Positions 14,226 to 26,375 of a stretch of 64,000 nucleotides of DNA are shown here, piece by piece. Location of the stretch: NCBI RefSeq assembly GCF_006345805.1, contig NC_042998.1:59210001-59274000 (forward strand), written 5' to 3'. The notes under the pieces were generated by a model. That model searched no databases and was not told the origin of the DNA. It saw only the letters and a program-made list of their open reading frames with translations. The stretch's first letter is position 1, and every line of letters starts with the position of its first letter. Both the position numbers and the translations under genes were made by a program. Source of the stretch: Octopus sinensis. Lineage: Eukaryota.

Positions 14226-14315
14226 CTCTCTGATGAAGGAGTCAGTATCCAATTTTTTGAGTAAAAATGCCCTTAAAATGTATGGATTACTGTGCCCCTG
14301 AAACGGCCGCAAGAG
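14226..14315 (+). ncRNA. HHR motif with extended stem II, probably inactivated
   Basis: Stem I ctct/agag; CTGATGA 14230-14236; long stem II (agg.g/c.cct, cagtatcc/ggattactg); GAAA 14300-14303; C-GGCC-G stem III. The triplet reads GCA instead of GUA. Confidence 0.6.
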
Positions 14316-14549
14316 GATAACCACCGACAGTTTATCTAAACCGGGTTACTAATTCTCTCGGATTATTTCCATATGTTTTTTGGAAAATCCAATCTCAACG
14401 CTACAATTTTTCTTTATTCGCTCTTTTTGTAAGACATTTTTTAATTCACCTTTTCGTAAGGGCATATTTATTCTTAATTTTTACAACACCGTTCTACAAC
14501 ACTTTTTATTACGACTGTAATTCTAAATATCTGTGTATATATCGGAGAT

Positions 14550-14605
14550 GCCTACTCCAGACTGATGACGAGCAAAGAATTAGAAACTAGTCTCTGGTTG
14601 TAGGC
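14550..14605 (+). ncRNA. Minimal type I HHR motif with degenerate stem II
   Basis: Stem I gcctac..ccaga/tctgg..gtaggc; CTGATGA 14562-14568; GAAA 14583-14586; ACTAGT palindromic stem III; GUC 14590-14592. Stem II no longer pairs. Confidence 0.55.
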
Positions 14606-15104
14606 TTAACTGGATGGAGGTGCTTATCAACCTCTTGCAAACATAAGGACTCAGGAAATGTGTCAAGGCCGACAGGAAGCGTTGTTGCTTCCTAGGGCTA
14701 AATAGCAGTAGTATGATTCCCTTCATAGGACTGTCACATTAAGTTGACATCATACAACTACTTTATCTGTATATGCCTTTATACATATACACTTTTATAA
14801 CCTAATCCCATTCATCTATTTATATATGTATATTAAATTTTTATATATCTATGCATTCATAGATTTAATGTTTTTATATTTTAATGACTGATGCATTTGT
14901 ATATTTAACTGAAATACATTGATCAACGGCAGAGGATATGTTTATATAAATTGTTGAATGTATTTGAATTCTCCTTAATTTTTCTTACATCTTGCGCCTC
15001 GGGCTTTTATCTGAGCACTTCAAAATACTATCTATACAATACACAAAGAAATTTTACTAAATATATGTGTGTGTGTGTGTGTGTGTGTGTTTGTGCGTGT
15101 GTAT

Positions 15105-15140
<36 letters not shown>

Positions 15141-15289
15141 TGAGAGACAGACAGTTAGGTAGATAAATTGATAGATAGATAGATGATAGATAAAGGGAGA
15201 GACAGACAAATACATCTATTCATATATGCGCTCAAACACATGTAAGCCTTAGCTTGCTATGCATTGACAGCTACTAGATTGAACCGAAG

Positions 15290-18200
15290 TTCCCCACCGC
15301 GAAGGATGTCGGTCAAAATTAAATCTAACTTAAAGAAAAAAGAAAACGGAAACAGCAAAGAAGCATAGGCACCAGTCAGACTAAAAGTTGGAGTGGGCTG
15401 CAGGAGCCTATCTCAAAAAGGAAGGTGCAGACCATTATCCTGGGTCTCGCAAGCATAACTTGCCTTATGATGGCCGCGAGATTGAGGAGAAGCTTGGGGT
15501 GATGTTGGGAAGTTGGAATGTGGGCAGTCTACGTTGAAGGGGAACTGAAGTATATGAGGAATTGAGGAGGAGAAGGAGGAGGAGGAGGTGTGCTGTGTGC
15601 AGGAGGCTAGGTGGAGGGTCAAGGTGCAAGATTTGTGGGGGTCAAGCGAAGAAGGTACGAGTTGTGGTAGTCGGAAAATGGCAAGGGGACTGGAGGAGTG
15701 GGAGTTTCGGTGAAGGAGGAAATCTGTGAGAAGGTGGTGGAGAGAAAAAGTGACAGAGCGATGACAGTATTATTAGAATTTGAGGAAGGAGTAATGAGGG
15801 TGATTTGTGGGTATGGTCCGTAAAGTCGAAGAGGGATCGCCGAGAAAGAACGGTTTTTTGATGAAAGGAAATATAGATGGGAGGATACTGTTGGAGGTTT
15901 GCGATGAGGAGTTGCGTGTTGCGAATACGTGGTTTAGGAAAACAGAGAAAAGGAAGGTGATTTTCAGTGCAGGAGGGAATGAGATTGATTGATTTCGTGT
16001 TGGTTGGCATAGACAACAGAAAGTGTCTGAGAATTGTGAAGGCAATACGAGGAGAGTTGCAGCACAGGTTGGAGGTTGTTGACTTTGATAAGAAGAAAGT
16101 TGAAAAGTGTGTGAGAAAGAGGACGGTTGAGAGGAGAAAGGTGTGGAAACTGAAAGGAAGAGGTACTAAGAGCAAAGTGTGAAGAGAGAATTTGCGGAAG
16201 TCTTTTAAGGAAGGGCTACCAAAGCCATGTGGAAATGTGTGGAAAGACGAGAGGTAGGAGAGATCGAGGAGATACGTGGCGGTGGAATGAGAAAGTGAGG
16301 AATGCGATAGCGAGGAAGAAAGAGGTGCACAAAGTTTTATGTAATAATCGGACTGAGCAAATGAAAGCAAGGTATAATAACATGAAGAATCGTGTAAAGA
16401 GGGTAGTTGCAAGATCTATGAGGAAGCAAGCTGAGGAGAAGTTGAGCGGATTGGATGAAAACCCAGATAGAGTGCTTAGGTTGATGAACCCAATGAAAGA
16501 AGATGGAGGAGATGTAGAAGGAGGAAGATGTATGAGGGAGAGTGATGGAAGGTTGAATTTTAGTGAGGAGGACAGGGGAAAGTTTGGAAAGAGCATATGG
16601 AAGGAATTATGAATGAGGAAAATCAATGGGGTCAGAGCGTAGAAGCTACTGCGGTGAAGGGGCCTGTGGAGAGGGTTGGTCAGGAAGAAGTAGCCGAGGC
16701 AATGATGGAAATGAAGACAGAAAAAGCAGCTGGTCCATCAGAAGTAAGTGTGGAAATGATAATTGCAAGTGGAGAGATAGGGATTCCTGTGTTAATGGAG
16801 CTCTACCAGGGTGTGATGAATGGAAGAGGAATGCCAGATGATTGGGTACTAAGTATGGTGGTACCGATCGTCAAGGGAAAGGGAGATGCGATGAGTTGTG
16901 GGACGTATAGGGGAGTGAGATTATTGGAGCATGCAATGAAGATTGTGAAAAGAGTGTTGGAGAGGAGAAATCAGAAAAAAAGTGGATGTAGACGTGAGGC
17001 AATTTGGTTTTATGCCAGTAAAGGGGATAATAGATGCAGTGTTCATTGTAAGGAGATTGCAAGAAGTATACCGAGATAAAGAGGAGTTGTACACGTGCTT
17101 CGGTGATCTGAAGAAGGCATTTGATAGGGTTCCAAGGAAGGCGATTGAGTGGGCATTGAGGAAGAGAGGTGTACAGGAGGTAATAGTGAAGGCAGTGATG
17201 AGTTTGTATAAAGGGGTAAAGCCAGATCAGAGTTGTCGGAGGAGTTTTGCAGTGGAAGTTGTCACCGTTATTTTTTTGCAATAGTGGTTGATGTGGTGAC
17301 GGAGAGTGCAAGAGAGGGATTGATAATGGAGTTACTGTATGGGAATGACCTTGTTCTGATGAGTGAGAGGAAGGAGGGATTGGGGGAGAAGTTTCAAAAA
17401 TGGAAGGAGGCGTTTGAAAGCAAGGGTTTGAAGGTAAGCCTCGGAAAGACAAAAGTGATGGTGAGCGGGGTGGAAGGGGAACTGTTAGTAAGATAGATCC
17501 ATGTGGTGTGTGTGGAAGGAGGGTAGCGGCAAAAAGCAGTGTTGTGTACGAAATTTGGAAAATGGATTCATGGTAGATGTACGAAAATGAATAAGGTGAC
17601 TCCAAGACTGGAAAGATATTTTATTTGTGGAAAATGTAAGAAAGGAGCTGGAGGGCTAGCGGAACCAGTGGAAACGCTATGTGACGAGGTGGAAACGGTG
17701 GCAGGGTTTTGTTATTTGGGAGATAGGGTGCATGTGAGTGGTGGATATGAAGCAGCTGTGACAGCAAGAGCGAGACTTGGCTGGGTGAAGTTCAGGGAAT
17801 GCGAAGCGTTATTATGTGGGAAAAAGTTCTCCTTGAAGATGAAAGGAAGGTTTTATCGGAGTTGCGGGAGATCTGCAATGCTGTATAAGAGTGGGACGTG
17901 GTGTCTGAGAGAAAGTGAAATGGCAGTTTTGCGAAGGACTGAGAAAGCAATAGTGAGAGCAATATGTGGTGTGAAACTATTGGATAAAAAGCTCTGAGGA
18001 CTTGATGGGTTGAAGGAATCGGTGGCACATCTCGTAAGGGCGAATTGAGTTCAGTGGTATGGACATGTGTTGAGGAAGGATGAGGATCATGTTCTGAGGA
18101 GAGTGCTTGATTTTAGAGTGAATGGACCACGAAAGTGAGGACGAACAAGGAAAACGTGGAGGGAACAGGTGGAGGAGGAGATTGGGGGTTGGCGTGAGGA

Positions 18201-18310
18201 GAGAGGACGCCCAAAACCGAGTGCGGTGGTTAGATGGCGTGAGAGCGGTTCCTGTAGGAGCGAGGTAGATCCGGCCACCTTTGTTAACGGGGACAAACTG
18301 TTTTACAAGG
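15290..18310 (+). mobile_element. RTE-clade LINE, near full length, heavily frameshifted
   Basis: APE motifs GSWNVGSL, QEARW, NTWFRK and DFVLVG (15.5-16.05 kb). RT motifs KAAGPS, TYRGVRLLEHAMK, QFGFMP, DLKKAFDRVPR and YGNDLVL. C-terminus FCYLGD, ARLGWVKFRE and WYGHVLRK. Boundaries approximate. Confidence 0.92.
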
Positions 18311-19670
18311 GGCTTTTCTGGAGAGCATTGCAATCTATTGCAATTAATTGCAATTATTTATTGCGAAGAAAGAAAAATGCAATTAATTTATTGCAAAAAA
18401 TAGAATGCAATAAATTCATTGCAACGAAATAAATTTATTGCAAGCTCTGCAATGCATTTTTGTCAATGTCTGGCGGCAGGGTTTGGTGCATATATACGAA
18501 TGTGTAAGTGAGGAATGTGCGAGTATGCATGTACAAGTGAGCACATGTCTGAAAGCGCGTATATGTGCGGTTATATGTGTTATTTTTCGGGTGCTTGTAC
18601 CTGTGAAGAAGTGTGCAAGTGCGGAAGTTATAGTACCGTATATATGTGAGATGTGAGATATTACGCTTCTGTAATTCTTCAGCATGTGTGAAGAAAGTGT
18701 AAGTGTGAAGAGGTGGGAAATAGCACGAGTTTGAGGAAACAGGAAAGGCAAGGAAGCTGTGGTGCATGTGATGTGTGACTGATATGTGTCTGCAAGCGTA
18801 GAGAGAGAGAGAGAAGTTTTAAAGACGAAGGCGAGTTTGAACTAAAAGAAGCAAAAATGAATAAAAAAAAGAGAGAAGGTAAGAGTTGTATGTGAGAGGA
18901 AAAGTCAAAGAAAAATCTTTCAAAACTTACAAATCACTCGTAAAAAACATCTTGAGAAGTTAGATGGAATGTTAAGACGATGGTGAAGAATTACAAGTGG
19001 GAACGCATGAGGAATGTGAAGGATGAGGTGGCTATGCATGCAAGTGTGAGAGTGTGAAACGTTTTTACATGAAATAAAGATTAAAACTAAGCTAGTGAGG
19101 AAAGATACCAGTTCTGTGAAAAGGAGATAAGCGTAAAAAGCATACATATTCATACACAAGTCCATACACACACACATACGCATAAATATATATTTGAATT
19201 AGCGTTTGTGTATCTGGATATTTGTATGAGTGTGAGAACGTAAGACTAAAAGGTGTGCGTTTTGTTCATCAGTGTATATGCGTGTATTCTTGACGATAAT
19301 AGCTCAGATGAGAATCGTGTTGTGGATCTCCTACTTATTGAAAACGTTGTGGATTATGTAAAGTCGTTATACAGTGATATTAAGCCAGTTACTAGCATGC
19401 AATCAATGTTTGCCACATTAGGAATAATTGAAATACACAAATATTTTTTGACAGCAGATATTTTCGCGTAATGTTATTAAACATTAAATTAGGAGTAGAA
19501 CTCTTTCGAATGAATTGCATAAATACCAAATATTGATTCTGATTGATGCAATCAGTTTCATAACTCACCTACACGTTTGTGTAATATTGGTGTTGTTAGT
19601 TTAGCTTCGGGTCGTCTTTGACTGGGGAGATCAATGGTGAAAGATGTTTCAACCGTGAGCATACCTGAGG

Positions 19671-20120
19671 GTAGGCGAAGGAGTGGTTGTGTGGTAGGTG
19701 TAGGCGTAGGAGTGGCTGTGCGGTAGGTGTAGGCGCAGGAGTGACTGTGTGGTAAGTAGCTTGCTTACCACCCACATGGTTCTGCGTTCAGTCCCACTGC
19801 ATGGCACCTCGGGCAAGTGTCTTCTACTATAGCCGCGGACCGACCAATGCCTTGTGAACGAATTTGGTAGACAGAAACTGAAAGAAGCCCGTCGTATATG
19901 TCTCTCTATATATATATGTATGTGTGTCTGTTTTTGTCCCCCCAAAATCGCTTGAAAACCGATGCTAGTGTGTTCATGTCCCCTTAGCCTAGCTGTTCGG
20001 CAAAAGATACCGATAGAATAAGTACTAGGCTTACAAGGAATAAGTCCTGGGGTCGATTTGTTCGACTAAAGGTGGTGCTCCAGCATAGTCGCAGTCAAAT
20101 GACTCAAACAATTAAAAGAG
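19671..20120 (+). mobile_element. SINE family A, full length, with triplicated 29-nt head
   Basis: Three gtaggcgNaggagtgNNtgtgNggtagg units start at 19671, 19700 and 19729, followed by the standard body and an aaaagag tail. Confidence 0.85.
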
Positions 20121-20664
20121 GAAAGAGAGAGAAAGATACCGTCTTTTATTCCCACAGCGTATCGATGACTGCATCATCAAATACAACATTATTTCTTTTT
20201 TAAAAAGGGAAACAGAATTATTTGGAAAAAGTTGATCATTCCTGCAGAAGCCACATAGTTGGTACATGTAGTTGCGATAGTGTCGCATTACACAGGTAGA
20301 GTGAACTGAAGTATAATATAGGAAAAGTAGTGAAGACATAATGTTATACGATATCATATTACGTAATGTACTTGAAGTATATATTGCATAAATGAATAAT
20401 GCTTTATTTTCTGTTACTTATCCATACATCAATTCTAGCGCGTAGAAGGCATTCCCCTTATGTGTTGTGTATTCGTGCGTGTGCTCGAGCATATGCGAGT
20501 ATACGTACATGCACACATACATACATACATACACATACAAACACATATGTATATACCTATATATATATATATCTGTCTGTGTATGTGCCCACGCATGCAT
20601 GTTTGTGTGCATATATATATGTATTATGCGTGCATCTGTGTGTATGCGTGTACATATATATATA

Positions 20665-20901
20665 TACTCTTTTACTAGTTTCAGTCATTTGACTACGGCC
20701 ATGCTGGAGCACCGCCTTTTAGCCGATCAAATCGACCCCGGGACTTATTCTTTGGAAGCCTAGTACTTATTCTATCGGTCTCTTTTTGCCGAATCACTAA
20801 GTTACGGGGACGTAAACACACCACCATCGGTTGTCAAGCGATGCTGGGGAGACAAACACAGACACACAAATACACACACACACACACACAAACACAACCA
20901 C

Positions 20902-20941
<40 letters not shown>

Positions 20942-21003
20942 ATACATATATACCAGAGGCTTCTTTCAGTTTCTGTCTACCAAATCCACTCACAAGGCTT
21001 TGT
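20665..21003 (-). mobile_element. SINE family A, 5'-truncated
   Basis: Reverse complement of the family A body and 3' end, with an internal (CA)n. Confidence 0.85.
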
Positions 21004-21684
21004 GAATATATGCGTATATTCTGTCTTCTTTGTAATACTGAACTATTTTTTTATTCTTTGTTCTAAAGATCCCCTTGTAAACATTGTTATAGAGCCTGCA
21101 TATCGATGTAAATATTGGCAGAAACACACCTTTAGTTCATATAAGTGATATCTATCATTATATATAACTTAGACATTAATTTTCTTCTTACATTTCACAT
21201 TCACTAGATATATATTTTTACAAGTTTATATGGTTTTATTTAATATAAATATAATTATATACTTCTCTTTTATTTAGTTTTTCTTTGCTTTATCCCTCCT
21301 CTGTCTATAGGCTACTTTTGACGTTATATTCTATAACGTTTTTTTTTAAACAATCTAAAAAGCGTTCAGTTAATCATTATACATATCCATCATTTTCTGT
21401 TAAAATGTCTTATTGGCGAGTTTCATTTCTTTGAAGATTAGATTGTTTTACGCAATTTTAAGGACGGTTACTGATGAGAATATCTTCAAGACATGTGTCG
21501 GAAGTAAAAGAATTTGAATAACACCTACGTTTAACTCCATTTATTTATTTATATATACTATACAAAATATTTCCCGTAAACCCGAATTTGCTACCTTTAA
21601 AAACAAGGAGTTACAACCTTTTTACCTGTGTGATTTTTGGGTACACTGGTAACTATTTATCTATTTGTTCGTGTTAATACACAC

Positions 21685-21737
<53 letters not shown>

Positions 21738-21780
21738 TTAAACACAAGAGAAAACTACCCTTTAACAGGTAATTTTGAAA
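21004..21780 (+). mobile_element. 3' end (GIY-YIG tail + pseudo-LTR) of Hydra-type PLE family 2
   Basis: Translation ...KDPLVNIVIEPAYRCKYWQKHTFSSYK* matches the end of the 48.6-49.25 kb remnant; non-coding part shared with 12.6-13.0 kb and 48.2-48.6 kb. Confidence 0.75.
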
Positions 21781-21799
21781 AATTATAACATATAATGAT

Positions 21800-21877
21800 G
21801 AGACAGGTGTTATTTGTCAAGCGATGTCGGGGGACAGACACAGACAGACACACACACATACACACACACACACAAAC

Positions 21878-21954
<77 letters not shown>

Positions 21955-22062
21955 GACGGGCTTCTTGCAGTTTCTGTCTACCAAATCCACTCACAAGGTT
22001 TCACGCAGTGGGACTGAACCCGGAACCATGTGGTTGGTAAGCACAGCTACTCCTGCGCCTAT
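21800..22062 (-). mobile_element. SINE family A, internally deleted
   Basis: Head aggcgcaggagtagctgtg on the minus strand at ~22060, with body and CA/TA tract. Confidence 0.8.
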
Positions 22063-22376
22063 ATTAATATATGACAATAACTATTTTTATAACTGTATCT
22101 ATTTTAATATCTGCGTTGATTTTAATGCTACACTTTATTTTTCCTATTTGAACATTTAATGATTTCATTATGTTTTAAATGTGATATGTATATAAATTTC
22201 TTTGTACGTTCTTTCCTGATATTACACTGTCTTGTAATAATTAACCAAATTGATTACATTAAATTAAATTGATTGATTTTACACTACAAGGGATGAATTG
22301 AAACAACGGTGGGCCTTGCTAATGTATTAAAAAAAATATTAATCTTATCTCCATCTTCTCTCTTGGTTTTGATAAA

Positions 22377-22379
<3 letters not shown>

Positions 22380-22441
<62 letters not shown>

Positions 22442-22480
22442 TAATAATAATTATGATAATTACAACAATAATAATATATA
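22380..22480. repeat. (AAT)n microsatellite
   Basis: Direct reading; source of the poly-I ORFs. Confidence 0.95.
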
Positions 22481-22517
22481 TACATACACACACACACACA
22501 TATAAATAAATATATAT

Positions 22518-22775
22518 CGGAGGCACATGGCCTAGTGGTTAGAGCAGTGGACTCGCGGTTGAGAGACCGCGGGTTCGATATCTCGGAACGGGCGATGTGT
22601 GTGTTTATGAGCGAAACACATAAGCTCCACGCAGCTCCGGCAGCAGGCAGTGGTGAACTCTTTCACCACAACTTTCTCTCCATATTTCGTTCAGGTGAGA
22701 AACATATACGCCAATGAAACCAAGAAACGGGCCCTCACGATCCAGGCATGGCTTGAGAAGGAACAAACAATGACA
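22518..22775 (+). mobile_element. tRNA-derived SINE family C
   Basis: ggaggcacatggcctagtggttagagcag (A box), ggttcgatatc (B box), aagctccacg; related to the 53.1-53.65 kb copies. Confidence 0.8.
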
Positions 22776-23083
22776 ACAATATATATATATGTATATTATC
22801 GCTGTTTATTTTCTCGTCTTCGTTTCTGTTGAGGAACGTGGTCTCGAAACGTAAAAGACTTCCTCACCTTTCCAAGTGTTAAACTAACACACCTGTGTGT
22901 TGTTTATACACCTGTCTTCGTCTTTTGTTTTTCTCACATACACACACATGCACATATACATACACACAGACACATGTACCACGATGAACCAACGTCTTTT
23001 CTTTTGTATTTCAAGGAGGTGTCTCAGTGCTAAACCAACTTACATTACATACCTTTTACATTACATTATTAGAGGGAAATCAT

Positions 23084-23084
<1 letters not shown>

Positions 23085-23148
<64 letters not shown>

Positions 23149-23169
23149 ATGTATATATGTATATATATG

Positions 23170-23216
<47 letters not shown>

Positions 23217-23222
23217 CGTATA

Positions 23223-23285
<63 letters not shown>

Positions 23286-23290
23286 CATAT
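23085..23290. repeat. Long (TA)n microsatellite, representative of more than 30 TA/CA/TATG tracts in the window
   Basis: Direct reading. Other long tracts include 1137-1200, 2150-2297, 25540-25742, 27627-27735 (CA), 28990-29062, 30594-30642 and 59825-59895 (TATG). Confidence 0.95.
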
Positions 23291-23431
23291 ATATCATTAT
23301 TATATTCACTGCGGTGTTTATTCTGACCATATCTCATGAGGAGCATTAAGGCGGGCAACTTAAACTGGTCGTGTACATACGTACATATATATGTATGTAT
23401 ATACCTTCGTATATGTAAGTATATCGTATGT

Positions 23432-23482
<51 letters not shown>

Positions 23483-25142
23483 ATTTTTGTGCTCTCTGAG
23501 TGTATTACACTGATGAAGGCAGAGCATCTATTATGCAAAGCCAGTAATCAGAGATCTGGAATAATCCAGTAATTTTGTGCAACTTTATTTTGCATCTTTG
23601 TCTTCTCTCCTATATCTAAGGGATACCACCACGTTAAAAATAGCAGTCAAACCTTCACTCTAAAACCACGTTAAATGCTCATATCAAAAATAAAAAAAAC
23701 AGGCCGAAACTCAAACTTTAAGTCGAGGTTGAAACTATGCCTTTGAAATAGGAAAACAATATTTATGTTGTTTCTTGTAAAATATATCTCTTGAAAATTC
23801 CGTAATCTTTGCAAGAATGATAAATTTTCCTGTATATTTCCTCATCACTAAAACGCAAGCAAAATTTGAATTTTCTCTTGATACTCTCAAATTTGCATAT
23901 ATAATAGTTGAAATATCAAGGGAAAGCCAAGGTAAAGAAGTTAGAAATTACTAGTTCCATCTTTAAAGAGAAAGTCAACAATGGAACTGCCAACGGATAT
24001 CATTGTTTACTAAGGATTTTACTAATTCTTCCACCATGGGACTAATAACCAATAATATATTTCTATTTTGGACAATACCTAGATATTCATATTATTTTTG
24101 ATTATTGTTTATTGCACTCAAGTCAGTCGTGATCGAGCAGATGTATGATCAACAGCGCTCTAGTTGTGACCATCTTTTCTGTTTTCAGAAACAGTATATC
24201 TAGGACAACACCATATCCTTTCTTTTTAAAAATGGTAGTGAGTAGTTATTTAATGAGAAGTAGTGATTTATTTATTATTCCCAATTTAACTCTTGTCTTT
24301 AATATCATTTATAATAGAAAATGATGACAAACTCCTCCTCTGTAACACCATGAAGACCAACACTAAACAATAAAAGAACCTCTCTGAACAGCTGCATAAC
24401 GTATGAAAAATAAGAGTTAAGACTCCTCGAATCATAATCTACAGCGTAAAAACAGGAGGATTTCATCAGAAAACGTTAGCCTTTGACAGACTGTGTGACG
24501 AAAAATATAAGTGTTGATGCTTGGTACGTCTTTAAACATACTTAGTTCAACCAGGACTGGCCGATAAGTGCAGATAAACAACGCTAAATATAAAAGCAGC
24601 AGTATGAATGAAAGCAAACTAGCATTTTGGGATATCTGTCTGTAACAGAAACAGAAGTTATAGAGGCAATAGTTTCAGTGCTAAAAAAATGGAGTAGCAG
24701 GGGAGAAAAGAATAAAAAGAGAAAAAGAAAAGAGACAGAAAGACATCGGGAAATCGAAAATAGAAAAATTTGAAAACAGTAACAACAACACTAAATGCAA
24801 GCTTTAAAATGACACAAAAAATATATATATTTTGTTTTCTTCCAAATCTTTTATATTCTTTGATTACCTTTTTTGGAAACTGATATATCGCACTCCACTT
24901 TGATATGCAAGCGATAAACGAAACATTATATGCCCCAGCTTTAATTTAGTCAAACTAAAGTCAAAGAAAACTGTGAAGGATATCCATAGCAATCGTTGTG
25001 AAAGAATATGATTTAGAAGTTATTTTCAATGAATAATTCATAATTACTGACAAACTGAGGTTAAAAAATAACAGAACAAAACAATGGAACGCCTATCAAA
25101 CTAAATCATATAAAAATAACAATAAAGATGGTCATGATGATA

Positions 25143-25197
<55 letters not shown>

Positions 25198-25620
25198 TGA
25201 TGATGATAATAAAGATAATAATGATAATAATAATAACAATAACAACAATGATGAACAATACGAATCAAGTATACATAGACATACACACACGCACGCAATA
25301 TCATGAAGAGAAAAATAAAATAGAAATGTTATCAAGAGGAGGTTCATAATAAAGAGGAGGAAATTACCAATCCCAAGAGCTAAGTAACTTCAGTGTAACC
25401 TGAAGCAGTGCGATAAGGTCTATAATGCTAGAGATATTAAGCAAAGTGTGTAGATAGTGTTCAATAATTTATTCCCATTTCTACGTCGAATCATTTGATC
25501 TCTCTCTCTCTCACTCTCTCTCTCTCTCTCTCTCTCCCTCTGTATATATATATATACATATATACATACATTCATACATACATACATATATATATATATA
25601 AATATATATATATACATACA

Positions 25621-25683
<63 letters not shown>

Positions 25684-25696
25684 CATACATATATAC

Positions 25697-25740
<44 letters not shown>

Positions 25741-25744
<4 letters not shown>

Positions 25745-26339
25745 GAGATATTAAAATAACTAAGTCTCTCTAAAAGAGAACAGCGGCAGCGTTCCCGGAA
25801 AATAATAGTTATCGCCATACTAATATGGCATTCTTATAAAAATAAGAAAAAAACTGTCCGCTTATTAGCTCCATGAGGCCATCGCCTTAAGTTAGCTATT
25901 TGATACACAAACTGTATCCATATAACCTTCGAACAAGGGAGGTCAGTCGCTCCACACTACTTGACCGGCAGCTACAGACGCGTTTCGGGGTATTGCCCCT
26001 TTTCAATGCAGCGTAGCCAGCCAGTAGGTGTCGCTTCCGACAATCTCTGTTCGATGGTTTTATTTACCTAGTTTCGGTGGAATACATCCACTTGTTTTCA
26101 ATAATAGAAATATTAAAATAACTAAGTCTCTCTAAAAGAGAACAGCGGCAGCGTTCCCGGAAAATAATAGTTATCGCCGGTCAAGTAGTGTGGAGCGACT
26201 GACCTCCCTTGTTCGAAGGTTATATGGATACAGTTTGTGTATCAAATAGCTAACTTAAGGCGATGGCCTCATGGAGCTAATAAGTGGACAGCTTTTTTCT
26301 TATTTTTATAAGAATGCCATATTAGTATGGCGATAACTA

Positions 26340-26345
<6 letters not shown>
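25741..26345. mobile_element. Non-coding PLE-like rearranged element (A-B-C-A'-inverted B) between two (TA)n tracts
   Basis: 25741-25816 is repeated directly at 26103-26178; 25800-25969 is repeated inverted at 26176-26345. Confidence 0.85.
25971..26012 (-). ncRNA. Type I HHR motif, U3-A8 core variant
   Basis: Minus strand reads gctgca-TTGAAAA-ggggcaatacccc-GAAAC-GC-GTC-tgtagc: stem I 6 bp, stem II gggg/cccc, palindromic stem III, GUC site. Confidence 0.75.

Positions 26346-26369
<24 letters not shown>

Positions 26370-26375
<6 letters not shown>

Noticed and set aside
15413-18333. Long minus-strand S/L/F/P-rich ORFs (e.g. 256 aa, 244 aa)
   Set aside because: Shadow ORFs opposite the purine-rich RTE strand; the same applies to ORFs antisense to the CR1 and PLE coding regions.
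22518-22590. tRNA-like sequences at SINE heads (also 51.4, 53.2 and 53.6 kb)
   Set aside because: A and B boxes are present, but there is no full cloverleaf and each continues into a SINE body; not tRNA genes.
23508-23560. CTGATGAAGGC...GCC core-like motif
   Set aside because: GAAA is replaced by GTAA and the remaining helices are absent.
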